Positions 1-14,211 are shown, counted from the stretch's first letter. The stretch is 64,000 nucleotides of DNA from Octopus vulgaris (GCA_951406725.2 OX597840.1:15500001-15564000); one strand, 5' to 3'. A program made the numbers and translations. Notes: generated by a model from the letters alone, not told the origin.

Positions 1-123
1 AACTGCAATCTTATGACCACAAGTCCACTGCCCTAACCACTGGGCCATTGCGCCTCCACTACACACATGTACAGCTACACAGTCATGCTAAGCTAACAGA
101 AGCCCTCTATACAAGCATGAGTA

Positions 124-342
124 TGAGGGGAGTGCTGAAAAGTATCTTGCTTTAAGGGTATCATGAATGGCCTGGTTGGAGGCCCAACCTTCTGAGTCCT
201 TGCACAGGGTTTTCAAAATCTGAAGGACCACTGCAATAAGTATGTGAATCTAAGAAGGTAATATGTTGAATATAATCATAATTAACTGATGCTGCTGTAT
301 TTTCTTTTATCCAAAGTCAGGAAGTTTATTAGCACCCTATCA
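124..342 (+). mobile_element. Mariner-derived non-autonomous element (MITE), degraded
   Basis: TA-TGAGGGGAGTGCTGAAAAGT start and ...AGCACCCT end are imperfect TIRs. The interior resembles a mariner transposase C-terminus. Homologous to 1107-1322 and 1460-1600. Confidence 0.65.
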
Positions 343-348
343 AATATA

Positions 349-391
<43 letters not shown>

Positions 392-395
<4 letters not shown>

Positions 396-664
396 CGTTA
401 TATAATTAGGGTTCAGTAAAATAATTTACTTTACCACACACCGAACTTTTAGAAATAGCAGCCAAAAAATTCTTTTAGCTATTTCTTCTACTATAAGAAA
501 AGTCTCCCAAACAATGTATACTCAAAAATTATTTTTGAGTATACATTGTCTGGGAGACTTTTCTTATAGTAGAAGAAATAGCTAAACTTTTTGGCTGCTA
601 TTTCTAAAAGTTCGGTGTGTGGTAAAGTAAATTATTTTACTGAACCCTAATTATATAACGTAAT
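392..664. repeat. Near-perfect ~270-bp fold-back palindrome in a (TA)n-flanked element
   Basis: ATTACGTTATATAATTAGGG... is the reverse complement of ...CCCTAATTATATAACGTAAT. Apex at ~530, with one small indel and one mismatch. Confidence 0.95.
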
Positions 665-758
665 GTTTTAAATATACCGTAAATGGTCTTTTTACATACT
701 GAACACTACTTGGTAAAATTAATTAATAATTAATTAATTTTACCCTTTTATTATTGAC

Positions 759-790
<32 letters not shown>

Positions 791-814
791 GATTTGGAGA
801 TGATGTCCAGGTAT

Positions 815-1084
815 TATATATTAGAAGAAATGAGGTACTCAGAAATGTGGATGGTTTTATATTTACAGATATTTATTAGTATGTTACATGTTTTTATATA
901 TCATATGTCATATATTAGTGCTTTCGTCCACTCTAGTGGAGTTATCCAATTTGAAAACTCCACTAGAGTGGACGAAAGCACTAATATATGACATATGATA
1001 TATAAAAACATGTAACATACTAATAAATATCTGTAAATATAAAACCATCCAGATTTCTGAGTACCTCATTTCTTCTAATATATA
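815..1084. repeat. Fold-back inverted repeat (129-bp arms, 12-nt loop)
   Basis: 815-943 is the reverse complement of 956-1084 with one mismatch. This explains the near-identical ORFs 794..991(+) and 908..1099(-). Confidence 0.95.
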
Positions 1085-1106
1085 CACAAACACACACACA
1101 CATACA

Positions 1107-1322
1107 TGAGGGATGCTGTAAAGATACTGGCCTTAACGGAGTCACGAAATGCCTGGTTGGAGGCTCAACCTTCCAAGTTCTTGTACTGGGCTTAGAAAAA
1201 CTGAAGGACCGTTGCAATAAGTATGTGGATCTAAGAAGGGAATATGTTGAATAAAAATCATAACTAACTGATCCTCCTGTATTTTCTTTTATCCAAAGCC
1301 AGGAACTTTTAAGCACCCTTTC
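1107..1322 (+). mobile_element. Mariner-derived MITE, second copy
   Basis: Colinear with 124-342; ends ...CAGGAACTTTTAAGCACCCTT. Confidence 0.65.
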
Positions 1323-1340
1323 TGATGCAAATATTTATCA

Positions 1341-1373
<33 letters not shown>

Positions 1374-1459
1374 CAGACACCAACACACACACACACACAC
1401 ACTTACATACATACACAGGTAATCATGTGTATGTGTGTGAGAATATGTGTATGTATATA

Positions 1460-1600
1460 CAAGGGGTTGCTGAGAAGTTCCTGGCTTTAAGGCTATTGCA
1501 AAATTTCTGGTTGGAGGCCCAACCTTCTAAGTTCTTGTACAGGGTTTTAAAAAAAATTAAGGGTCCCTGCAATGAGTGTGTGAATGTGAGAAGGTAATAT
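1460..1600 (+). mobile_element. Mariner-derived MITE, 3'-truncated by a SINE
   Basis: TA-CAAGGGGTTGCTGAGAAGTTCCTGGCTTT TIR. Translates to WLEAQPSKFLY..CNECVNVRR, resembling a mariner C-terminus. Confidence 0.6.
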
Positions 1601-2010
1601 TTTTTCTTTTTTCTTTTATTTGTTTCAGTCATTTGACTGTGGCCATGCTGGAGCACCTCCTTTAGTCGAGCAAATCAACCCCAGGACTTATTCTTTGTAA
1701 GCCCAGTACTTATTCTATCGGTCTCTCTTGCCGAACTGCTAAGTGACAGGAACGCAAACACACCAGCATCGGTTGTCAAGCAATATTGGGGGGGGGGACA
1801 AACACAGACACACAAACATATACATACATATATATGTGTGTGTGTTACGACGGGCTTCTTTCAGTTTCCGTCTACCAAATCCACTCACAAGGCTTTGGTC
1901 GGCCCAAGGCTTTAGTAGAAGACTCTTGCTCAAGGTGCCATGCAGTAGGACTGAACCCAGGACTATGTGGTTGATAAGCAAGCTACTTACCACACAGCCA
2001 CTCCTGCACC
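1601..2010 (-). mobile_element. SINE family A (tRNA-like head, internal (TA/TG)n, ~400 bp)
   Basis: Full-length reverse copy of the GGCTGTGTGGTAAG...GGTTCAGTCC...GACTGAAACAAGTAAAAG element that recurs many times in the window. Confidence 0.85.
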
Positions 2011-2666
2011 TATATTGTCTACATTAACCCCAGTACTTGATCCCTGAAGGATAATAAGTAAATTTGACTTAGGTGCTATTTGAACTCAGCATGTAAAGAA
2101 TTGAAGGAAATACTGCAAAACATTTCTTCCAATGCGCTACCAATTCTGCCGGCTTGATACTAGTTGTACAGTTGGACAGATCTTTATTTTACCATTTCAT
2201 CTTTAAAGAACCATAAAAAACTGTTTGTTCTGCTACAATTGCGACATTGCAATGAAATATCACCAACAAAATAATACTAGCTGGTTCTTTATATCACACA
2301 CGAGGGGCAACAATACAGGGTACAGAGTAAATAGAAATGGCAGAAAAAAACAAAAAAATACATTAATGATAATAATAACAATAATAATAACAACAACAAC
2401 AAAAACAACAACAGTGGTAGTAGTAGTAGTACTCGTAGTAGTAGTAGTAGAAATAAGACTACTGAATAATGATAATAATGATGACGATGTTAATAATAAT
2501 AATAATCGTTTTTTTTATTGTGTTTTTACGGTGTACGGTCATTACAGTATGCATGGTTAAAGCTGACATCGGTAGATACAAGCATTAACAGATGTTGATG
2601 GCGTTATATATATGTATATATATGAATTATATTAGTTACTAACAAAAGATAAAAGTATTTTATATT

Positions 2667-2735
<69 letters not shown>

Positions 2736-2742
2736 GTATGTT

Positions 2743-2818
<76 letters not shown>

Positions 2819-2900
2819 CATATATACATATATATAAATATATACATATGTGTGTATATATATATTATCTTCATTGTTATCAAACATATGTGTGTGTGTC

Positions 2901-2944
<44 letters not shown>

Positions 2945-2997
2945 TATATGTTTAATGACAATGAAGATAATGGTAATGATATGTATGTATCTATATT

Positions 2998-3048
<51 letters not shown>

Positions 3049-4481
3049 ATGTGTGTGTGTGTGCGTTGTATGCTGATGTAGATGTGAATGAATGAGATGA
3101 GCACTCGCACACACTGACTCTCAGTGTAATTTTTCTGATGAACAAGAACGCAAACAAACAAACAAACAAGCAAGAAAGCTCAACTGCTCCACCCTTCCTC
3201 TCACCCACCACCACCACCATCCGACCAATGGTTCAAAAACCTATGATTTAATAATATAGATAGTCCGTCCATTAGCAATTAATCTTCTTCAGAATATATA
3301 TAAAAAACCTGATGTAGTCATGAATGAATGAGAGATGAATGAATGAATGAATGAATGAAATGAATGACTTGAATGAATGAATGAATGAGAGTCAGTGAGG
3401 GTAGAGGGAGTGGGTTGAGGGGAGTTATTGTTATTTGTTTGTTGTGGTTTTTGTAGTGTTTTATCCAAAGATTAATGGAAAAGAAAGGGATTTTGTCTCC
3501 TCAACTCAGATTTTCTTCCATGCTTTTGTTTGTTTCTTTTCTTTCTTTATTTATTATTTTGTTTTGTGTTTTTTGTTTTTGCTTTTTTTTTTTCTTAATG
3601 TCTCTAATGGTGCAGAATCTAGAATCCAGCTCTAATGAGCCACTTAATCACCACCCTGCAACCCTTTTAACTCTGACTGACCCCCAACAAGGTGTATGTA
3701 TGCATGTACGTATGCATTTATGTATACATGTATGCATGTATGTATACATGTATGCTTGTATGTATGCATATATGTATGTATATATGTTTTCATGTATGTT
3801 TGTATATGTATATGTATGTATGTATGCATGTATGTATATATGTATGCATGTATGTATATTTGTATGTATGCATGCATGTGTGTATGTATGTATGGATTGA
3901 TGTATGTATGTATGTATGTTCTTGAGAGAGTTCAAGCTGGTCGCTAACAAAGTGACAAGACTTTTTGAGTGAAGAGAGTTCCTGGTGTTTGTAAATGTGT
4001 GGGTCGGTTGAGCTGTCGATGCATACACCCAAGTATACATCCATTCATATAAGAATCTCAGATACAGAATTTTTAGAATGTCTTACAAATCTTCCCTGTT
4101 CCACTATGTATGTTTGTGTGTGTGTGAGTATGTGTGTTTGTGTGGACAAGTGTCTTCTATTATAGCTTTGGCCTGACCAGAGCCTTGTGAGTGGATTTGG
4201 TAGATGGAAACTAAAAGAAGCTCATGCAGAATATAAACAAATTGAATACACACGTGCAAAAAAAATGTGCTTAATTAAACTAGGAACCCCACACCTAAAT
4301 AATGCTCACCCCACCCTAATTACCCAACAAAACTAACCAATCTACAACAATCAAATCTCAACCCAGCAAATTTAACAGCGCAAGAACAAAATTTAATGTA
4401 AGACTTACTACCTCTGTTTATATTACCATCACATGTGTATCAATTATTTTTGCATCCTAAACGATGCATCTATCTGTATTT

Positions 4482-4532
4482 GCATTCTGAAGAGATTTAC
4501 TTAAACCAGTAAATCGAAATGATCATAAGTGC
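4482..4532 (+). ncRNA. Minimal type-I hammerhead ribozyme
   Basis: GCATT-CTGAAGA-GATTTAC[TTAAACCA]GTAAATC-GAAA-TGATCA-TA-AGTGC. Helix I, intact core, 7-bp stem II, palindromic helix III (ATGATCAT), AUA cleavage triplet. Confidence 0.8.
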
Positions 4533-4635
4533 TACCGTCACCTCAGCTTCCTCCTTCTTTGTTATCTAATTAAATTAAAGGCATACCAGCGAAAACCACA
4601 AGTTTCCCCTTGTTGTTACATCCATTTTCTTATAT

Positions 4636-4685
<50 letters not shown>

Positions 4686-4686
4686 G

Positions 4687-4719
<33 letters not shown>

Positions 4720-5562
4720 AGAAGGTGGTTATACACATTGTAAGATGAAAGAATAAAAATTCAATTGTGACTAATTGTGACTGATGGTGCAGGGTAGCAC
4801 CTACATTGCTGGAAATAAGAGTTTAAAACCCTTAACTGGATATATGTATATATATATATAATTATATATATATATGTGTGTGTGTATATTGTTGTGTATG
4901 TGTTTATCCCCCCACTGCCACTTGACAACCAGTGTTGGTCTGTTGATGTCCCTGCAACTTTGCAGTTTGGCAAATGAGACTGATAGAATAAGTACCAGGT
5001 TTTACAAACTAATAGTAAGTGCTGGGGTCGACTGGTTTGACTGAAAAAAATTCTTCAAGGCGATGCCCCAGCATGGCCACAGTCTAATGACTGAAACAAG
5101 TAAAAGATAGAAGATACATAAAGATAATAATTCAGAAAACAAATTGGTGGTGGTGGTGGTGGTGGTGGTTTTGGCGATGGCGGCAGTGGTGATGGCGGCG
5201 GTGGTCATGACAGTGGTGGTGGTGGTGGTGGTGGTAGTTGCAGCGCTACTGTAATTATGAATGTATTAAGTGCAACGAATTTCAATGTAAAATGATATTG
5301 GACATTACAATTACCAATTCTAAGTGAGGAAATAGCTGGAGGCTCATCTCTTGCACATTCCTCACTCTCTCTAAAATTCCTATTTAGAATGTCAGACGTA
5401 TTAGAAGAGTAGATAAATACCTTGCAGTAATTATCACAGCTCTGTGTATTGAGCAAGATCAAATCCCAGTAAGGTCAAATGTGTCTTTCATCCTTCTGGG
5501 GTTGAGATTTATATGAAGTGCTTCACAAGTGGTAGTGGGGTCATCTTTCTATTTTTATCTAG

Positions 5563-5655
<93 letters not shown>

Positions 5656-5756
5656 ATATCTGTCTGTCTGTCTACATTTCTATCTATCTATCTGTCTGTC
5701 TGTCTGTGTATCTATCTATCTACCTACCTATTTATCAACTTTTCCATCTACCTATG

Positions 5757-5812
<56 letters not shown>

Positions 5813-6103
5813 CATCTGTCTGTTTATCAAACAATTTATCTCTTTTGCTCTCTCTCACTTCCAACTCTGTCAATCATTTTTCCTATCTATCTAACTCTTT
5901 CACTTACTGTCTCTCTATCAATCTGTCTATCTTTCATCCTGTCTATCTGTTTTGCCATCCATCTATCTAGTCATCCCTCTGTCTCTCTTTCTTTCCCTTT
6001 TTCTTTATGAATTTATCTGTATATCCTATTTTTTTATCTATCAATCTACCTTTTTTTTACTCTTTTTCTCTCTCTCCTATCTATCTGTCTATCTGACTAT
6101 CTT

Positions 6104-6168
<65 letters not shown>

Positions 6169-6284
6169 TTACCAATCTATCTTATTTCTCTACCTATCTA
6201 TTTATCTATCTACATACCTACCTACCTGTCCGCCTATTTTTCTATTTATTTATCTAGCTAGCTCTCTTCCTTTTGATTTGTCTG

Positions 6285-6326
<42 letters not shown>

Positions 6327-6450
6327 AGTCTATCTATCTATCTTTCTATCTGTCTATTTATCTGTCTATCTCTATCTACCTATCTCTTTCATTTTCTCTA
6401 TATGTCTGTCATTTTTAATCTATCTAGTTATGTTTCTACTAATCTATCTA

Positions 6451-6513
<63 letters not shown>
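5563..6513. repeat. (TATC)n-rich simple repeat followed by (CT)n
   Basis: Direct inspection. Confidence 0.95.
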
Positions 6514-6518
<5 letters not shown>

Positions 6519-6951
6519 CCTACTTTGAGAGAAGCTTCATGTTGAACCTCTCACAAAGTCCCCCACTTCCAAGAAAGAGAACAGGGTTGACATTATTTAC
6601 GACCCATCATATTTTTTAACTCAGAACATAGACCAACAAAATGCTGCTAACCATTCTGCCAGCTCACCTTGATAATAAAAATAATAATAATGGTTTCTAA
6701 TTAAGGCACAAAGCAGCTGGTTTGGAGGGAGTGGTTAGTTGATACCATTGACCCTTGTCGACTTATAACTTTAATGTATTGACCCAAGAGAGATGAAAGG
6801 GATAGTTGATCATACAAGGATTTGAACTCAGACTATAAAAGCCAGAAGAAATACAGCAAGGCTTTTTATTGCATGTGTGTGAGCTTGTATATATACACCA
6901 CACAAAACACACAAGCACTTACATATGTGTTTACACACATATATATGTATT

Positions 6952-7224
6952 AAGGTGCCGTTGTGGCTCTGTGGTAAGAAGCTTGCTTCCTAACCACATG
7001 CTTCTAGGTTCAGTCTCAATGCATAGCAACCTGGGCAAGCATCTTCTACTACAGCCTCATACCAACCAAAGCCTTGTGAGTGGATTTGGTAGATGGAAAC
7101 TAAAAGAAGCCCATCATATGTAAATAATACAGTGAGTAATTCATTTTAGTATCACTAAATTAAATTTCTCTCCCCTGTGGACTCAGAAATAACTTCCCTA
7201 ATATTAATATTAAATATATATGTG

Positions 7225-7275
<51 letters not shown>

Positions 7276-7495
7276 ATGTATTTGTGTGTCTGTGTTTGCC
7301 CCCCCCCCATCAGTGCTTGACAACCAATGTTGGCGTGTTTACATCCCCATAACTTAGCGGTTCAGCAAAGAGGCTGACAGAATAAGTACTAAGTTTACAA
7401 AGAATAAATCCTGGGGTCAATTTGTTCAACTAAAGGTGGTGCTCCAGCATGGCCACAATCAAATGACTGAAACAAGTAATAGAAATAAAAGAAAA
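6952..7495 (+). mobile_element. SINE family A, interrupted in its central microsatellite
   Basis: Head at 6952-7120 and tail at 7270-7495 match family A. Confidence 0.75.
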
Positions 7496-7509
7496 TATCT
7501 ATCTATCTA

Positions 7510-7565
<56 letters not shown>

Positions 7566-7569
7566 TAGA

Positions 7570-7765
7570 TTCTTTTCTACTCTAGGTACAAAGCCCAAAA
7601 TTATGGGGAAGGGAGCCAGTCGATTAGATCGACCCTAGTATGCAACTGGTACTTAATTTATTGACCCCAAAATGAAAGTTGACCTCAGTGAAATTTGAAC
7701 TCAGAACGTAAAGACAGATGAAATACCGCAAAGCATTGCACCCGGCATGCTAACGTTTCTGCTTT
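7570..7765 (-). mobile_element. SINE family B fragment
   Basis: Reverse complement of the GTTCTGAGTTCAAATT..GGTCAACTTT..TAAGTACCAGTT core seen at 20871-21105. Confidence 0.7.
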
Positions 7766-7779
7766 ATAGATACAAATAT

Positions 7780-8022
7780 ATTGAGAAGAAGACCCATGAA
7801 GCTGAGCACAGTCATGACAGATACCGGTGTCATGCAAATGGCATGTGAAAACACCCATTACACTCTTGGAGTGGATGGTGTTAAGAAGGGCATCCAGCTA
7901 TAGAAAACCATGCCAAATCAGACTGGAGTCTGGTGCAGCCTTCCACAACCCACCAGCCCTGATCAAACCATCCAACCCATGCCAGCATGGACAACAGACC
8001 TTAAATTATGATGATGATGATG
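7780..8022 (+). mobile_element. RTE-LINE 3' UTR fragment with (GAT)n tail
   Basis: GAAGGGCATCCAGC...AACCCATGCCAGCATGG...(GAT)n, matching the 3' UTR attached to the RT at 34800-35710. Confidence 0.75.
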
Positions 8023-9249
8023 GTGGTGGTTATATATATGTGAACATTTATTTTGCTTTGTTTATTAGTGGTTCAATGAGGTCACCTCTGTAAGTTTTGG
8101 AAGAGAATCTATGACAATTCAGGTTACAGTGAATACACACTCTCAATAGATAGAGAAGTGAATATGGCCCCAGTCCAAATTTTTGTGGACAAAAAGACAG
8201 ATTAAAAATGAAAATAATATGCAAATCGAAAGAACTAATAAATGATCATGGTTATAACAGGAAGAAAAAAAAATTAATTAAATAAATACAATTATATAAA
8301 AAAAATTACAATTTCATGAAGAGATACAGTTATTAAAACATTACAATTAACTGAACAGATACAGTTATAAAATAACCATTTACATGCTTTTTATCATTTG
8401 TACTTCACAACAACAAAAACACAAATTTGAATGACAATAGTAATAAAGTTATTGCATCAAGTGTTTGTCTTTTGCAAGTGTTGTAAGCCACAAAGAGGTA
8501 TTAGACATGACTCATAAAAGAGAGTAATTCCTTGTGTATTTTTTTAGTATTTAAACTGGCCATGTTAAGTTAAAATATTCTATCTAGTTTACATTCAAAC
8601 TAACCAGATCCTGCCACTCATACTTATCCCACAATGTCTTTTGAAAAATAAACACAACATCAAAATCTTGTCGCTAGAAGATAATGCATAATAAATTAAA
8701 AACAATTTAAATAAATAAGCATTACGTTTGGCAGAATAATTTTAATGCTAAAATCCCTTTTTTTTCTTCTTGTTTCAGTCACTAAACTGTGGCAATGCTG
8801 GGGCACCAGCTTGAGGAATTTTAGTCAAACAAATCAACCCCAGTACTTATATATATATGTATATGTATATATGCATGTATGTTGTAAGTATGTATGTATG
8901 CATGTATGTATGTATGTATGTATGCATGCATGCATGTATGTATGTATGTATGTATATATGTATGTATGTATGTATGTAAGTATGTATGTATGTATGCATG
9001 TATGTATGTATGTATGTTTGTATGTGTGTGTGTGTGTGTGTACATCTGTGTTTGTACCCCCACCATCACTTGACAACCAATGCTGGTTTGTTTACATCCC
9101 CATAACCTAGCAGCTTAGCAAAAGGGACAGATAAAATAAATACTAGACTTACAAAGAATAAGTCCTGGGGTCGATTTGTTCGATTAAAGGTGGTGCTACA
9201 GCATGGCCACATTCAAATGACTGAAACAAGTAAAAGGAAAAAAAGAAAA

Positions 9250-9620
9250 TAGGTGCAGTTATGGCTGTGTGGTAAGAGACTTGCTTCCCAACCACACGGT
9301 TCCAGGTTCAGTCCCATACACAGCATCTTGGGCAAGTGATTTCTACTATAATCTTGGGCTGACCAAAGCGATTTGAGTGAATTTGGTAAGCGGAAACTGA
9401 AAGAAGCCCATTGTGCGTATGTGTGTAAGTCTGCATTTGTCCCCCTACCAGTGCTTGACAACCAGTGCTGGTGTGTTTACTTAACTTAGCAGTTCAGCCA
9501 AAGAGACTGATAGAATAAGTACCAGGTTTATAATAAATAAGTACTAGGGTTTAATTCATTCGTCTAAAAATTTTCCAAGGGGCTGCTCCAGCATGGCCAC
9601 AGTCGAATAAGATAAAAGAT
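9250..9620 (+). mobile_element. SINE family A
   Basis: Head and tail match family A. Confidence 0.8.
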
Positions 9621-9658
9621 ACTATGCATTCATATTAATATATATATATATATACACG

Positions 9659-9744
<86 letters not shown>

Positions 9745-9929
9745 TATACATATATATACATACATATATATACAACACATGCATATACTCATGTGTGTGT
9801 GTGTGTATACACATAGATGAACTCAATGATATGAAATTTTGAAGACCAAGTAATAACAATAGTGAGGATAATGATAAATAAATATATACGTATATGTAAA
9901 TGTATACACACCCATTCACATATATATAC

Positions 9930-9977
<48 letters not shown>

Positions 9978-10028
9978 GTATGTATATGTGAATATATATA
10001 TATATATATATATTTATGTATGTATATG

Positions 10029-10063
<35 letters not shown>

Positions 10064-10332
10064 CATGTACATGTGTGTATAGAGAGGTACATAGATATAT
10101 ACATATATATATATATATAATATATATATGCATATGCATGTGTGAATATATTAACATATGTATGTGTAGAAAAGAGAGAAAAAAGGTTTACAATAGTTAT
10201 TATAGAATGCATTCATTGATTTGTTTGAAGCCGAAGTTTATTGAATTCCAAAGTTGATTGACTTCAGTAACATTGGTTGGTGAAAGTTCTACGGAACCGG
10301 AAGATCAGAATAACAACAACAACCACAGCAAC

Positions 10333-10502
10333 AGTATAAGAGTGATGCTTTGGTTTGGAACAAATATATATGTGGGTGTGTATATATCGACATATATGTG
10401 TGTGTGTGAATGTATGTGTGTATATGTACACGTGTGTGTGTATATATATATTTATGTACATATGTGTGTGTATGTGTATGTATGCATATATGTGTCTGTG
10501 TG

Positions 10503-10545
<43 letters not shown>

Positions 10546-10561
10546 CTGTGTGCTTTCCTGT

Positions 10562-10601
<40 letters not shown>

Positions 10602-10751
10602 TTACATACATACTTACATACACACACACATACACACATGCATGTATAGTATAAGAGTGATGCTTTGGTTTGGAACAAATGTATATGTGGGTGTGTGTGT
10701 ATGTATATATTTATGTACATATGTGTGTGTACGCATATATGTGTATGTATG

Positions 10752-10784
<33 letters not shown>

Positions 10785-10878
10785 CTGTGTGCTTTCCTGT
10801 GTTTACATATATATATATATATTTACATACATACTTACATACACACACAGACACACACATATATGCATACATGTATAG
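10333..10878. repeat. Local tandem duplication (period ~315 bp)
   Basis: AGTATAAGAGTGATGCTTTGGTTTGGAACAAAT at 10333 and 10648. ACACCTGTGTGCTTTCCTGTGTTTA also occurs twice. Confidence 0.85.
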
Positions 10879-12837
10879 CACGTATGTGTATATAGGTGTA
10901 TATATGTATGTGTGTGTGGATATCTATGTCTGTATACATACACACACACATGTATATATAAATATACATATATATATATATATAATGTACATCTGTGTAT
11001 ATAAACATCTGTGTGTGTATATACATATTTATCCATATGTGTATGTGTGTGTTTATACATGCATATGATGTAAGTAAAGCTGTATTGTGCAAACAAATGA
11101 GAGAAAAAGTAAAAACAACTAACCAACTGTCCATTAGATGTGAAGGTACTCAATGTATTTATTTGACAAAGTTGAATGATAACCAGGCATACTTCGCAGG
11201 AATTTTGCATAGATATCACAGAAATGCTTAGACATTGCAAAACTGTAAATGTCAGATACAGAGATATTAAACTTGTGCAAAACAGGAACTCTTTTAAGTA
11301 TTGCCAGAGACAAGACAGCCTCTCTAGTGCTGGTGCCTCTATGAAGTACACCTTGCAATGTTTTGTGATATGGTCGGTGACAGGAAGAGCATCCAACTGT
11401 TAAAACTGTGGTTAAAGTGGGACCATAGGTGTATGACTTTGTCTTCAGCCTGTCTTGGAGTGTAGGAATTCCTTATAAGAGTTGATTGAAACAGAAAGTG
11501 GTGGTGGTGGGGATTTGAATAAAGAAAGAAATGATGGAAAAAATGTAAGAAAAAAAGAAAAAAAAAAGAAAAGAAAAGGTGAAAGAGAAAGAAAGAAAGC
11601 AATACGGAGAAAGTGAGCCAAATATACATGAGGATGGGGTGGGAAAAGGGGTGGATACAGGGTTTGGGGTTGGGAAAGAGTGGAGAGATGTAGTCAGTGG
11701 GGTGGAGAGAGAAGTGTATGGTAATTGACTAATCAACCATTTGGTGATAATTAAGTGGAAATGAAATAGCAGTGGTGGTGGTGGTGGTGGGTGTTGTAGT
11801 AGTGGTGGTGCTGTAGGCTGTGTTGGCAGTGGTGATGGTAGTAGTAGTAATAGTAGTAGTAGTAGTAGTAATGGTTGCCATTGTGGTGGTGGTAGTGTTG
11901 GTTATTATTTGTGGTGTTATTTGGGATGATGATGATGGTGATTGTGGGTTTGATGGTTGTTATGATGGCGATGATGTCAATCATGGCTGTGATGGTGATG
12001 GTTGTTGTTGTTGGTGGTGGTGGTGGTGACAAGAGAGCCTAGCGTGTTTTCTGTTAAGATTGCATTGTTTGAGTAAGACACTCTGTTCTAGTGAGAGGTT
12101 GATGGTTTTGTGTATGTGTGTGTGCGACCATGTGTGTGTGTGCATGTGTGTGAGTGTGTGTGTGTGTTACGAGAAGGAAATTACACGATTATAAAAAGTT
12201 GGCGTTGAGCTGAGAGAAGGAGCAGAAAGCATGCGATGGAGGTTTGTAAGCAAAACAGATATCACGCAATATATACATGCATATATATATATATATAGAC
12301 ACACACACACACACATATATACATCCATACATATATGCACATATACCTAGGTATGTATACATATATATATATATGTACACATGTATGTATATCTACATAT
12401 ATGTATGTACACCCACTCATACATATACACACAACCATATTTATACATGCTTATATGCATACATACATTCTCACACACATACACCCACACATATATATAT
12501 TTGCCATTTTATTATTTCCTAAGATTTTATGATATTTGCCCACAAGTTGGCCATGTAATGGTGGTTTATAGACGTCTGCCAGCGACTTCCTTCTGTTTAA
12601 CAATGCCATTCCTAACCAAAATGTTTTTTAGTATTGTTGTTGTGACATTTGTCATTGTTTTTTTTTGTTTGCTGTAACTGTATTTTTTTGTTATTGTTGT
12701 TGTTTAACTGCCTGGTTCAGCTCCCATCAAGCTAACTTATGCTCAAAGCCCTTTCCAAAAATGACCGCCATGTCTTTTCATTATGTTCAAACAAAGCAAG
12801 GGCCACACAACATTTTATGTGCTCCCATTTTGTTTAA

Positions 12838-13062
12838 CCCTTTTGTTACCGTATTTCTTCTGTTGAGATGCTCTCTGTTTCTTTCAGTTAAATTTAAATA
12901 TAACAGAGTATTTAGTAAAATTACTTAGTTATCATTAAGCTAGTGTTAGGAATATAAATTGTGAGTAAGGAATGGTGGAAGATTTTAATTCAAAACTTAT
13001 GAAAACAAGATGTTTGTACAACAGAGCCAGAGGCTGTTTCAGCTGGGTTGGTATCAAAAGGG
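12838..13062. mobile_element. piggyBac-like MITE
   Basis: TTAA|CCCTTTTGTTACC...GGTATCAAAAGGG|TTAA. Related copies at 13094, ~27945-28300 and ~43515-43722. Confidence 0.75.
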
Positions 13063-13093
13063 TTAAGAATTGTTTCTCTTTTATATATTTTAA

Positions 13094-13197
13094 CCCTATC
13101 GTTACCATATTTCTGTTGAGATGCTCTGTGTTTCCGAAAACAAGATGTCTGTACTACAGAGCCAGAGGCAGTTTTAGCTGGGTTGGTATTGAAAGGG
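13094..13197. mobile_element. piggyBac-like MITE, internally deleted copy
   Basis: TTAA|CCCTATCGTTACC...GGTATTGAAAGGG|TTAA. Joins the two ends of the 12838 element. Confidence 0.75.
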
Positions 13198-13652
13198 TTA
13201 AGATGATAAGGTGTGATTTCAAGAAGATTTAGCATGCCAGAAAAGCCTGAAAGCGATGTGCTCCCTTTAGGGGCTGGTGAAATTTTAAGTTGCACATAAC
13301 CATATCAAACTGTTTTTAAATAATACATGTAATCTCAGCTCAATGTATTGAATTTCTTTTTCTTTTGTTTGTCCACTCACTCGTGTGTGTGATTATATGA
13401 TGTATTTTACATCTATATGCGTGTATATGTGTGTATGTATATATATTTATATAAATGCATATATACATATAGCCACCTGGTTTTATTTTTTAAATTTCTC
13501 ACCAATAATGAAAGAAGTGGTTAAAAAAAGTCTGTTTTCATAAGAATTTAAACATCAACTGGGCAGTGTGTGTCTGTGTGTATGTGTGAATGAGTAACTG
13601 TGTGTGTGTATGTGTGTATGCTTATATATGTGTGTGTGTGTATGTGTGTTTG

Positions 13653-13715
<63 letters not shown>

Positions 13716-13999
13716 GGTAAAATATATGTATATATAAATGGTGGTTTATATACATATATACATGCATGTATTTGTGTGTGTGTGTGTATGTAAAAATTGT
13801 GGTTTGTACATATATATAATATATATATATATAGAAATACGGTGGTGCCCCAGCATGACTGCAGCTTTAAAGCTGAAACAAGTTGAAGTGTTAAAGAGTA
13901 TATATATATGAATAAAAAATCTAAGCGTGCATATATGTACTGTATATATGAGTATATGTACGTACATGTGCATCTGTGTGTATGTATATATCAATGTAA

Positions 14000-14040
<41 letters not shown>

Positions 14041-14080
14041 AATCTATGCATGCATATATAAATCTCTATGATATTACTCA

Positions 14081-14136
<56 letters not shown>

Positions 14137-14211
14137 CATATATGTAGGTCCCGGGTTGAGTTGGGGTTAACCACAGTAAATAAGGTACTCAATACATAGC
14201 AGAGTAAATTA

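Noticed and set aside
2632-3220. Long ORFs rich in YI/CV/HT/LSIY repeats, here and throughout the window
   Set aside because: They are translations of (TA)n, (TG)n, (TATC)n and (CTT)n microsatellites, not genes.
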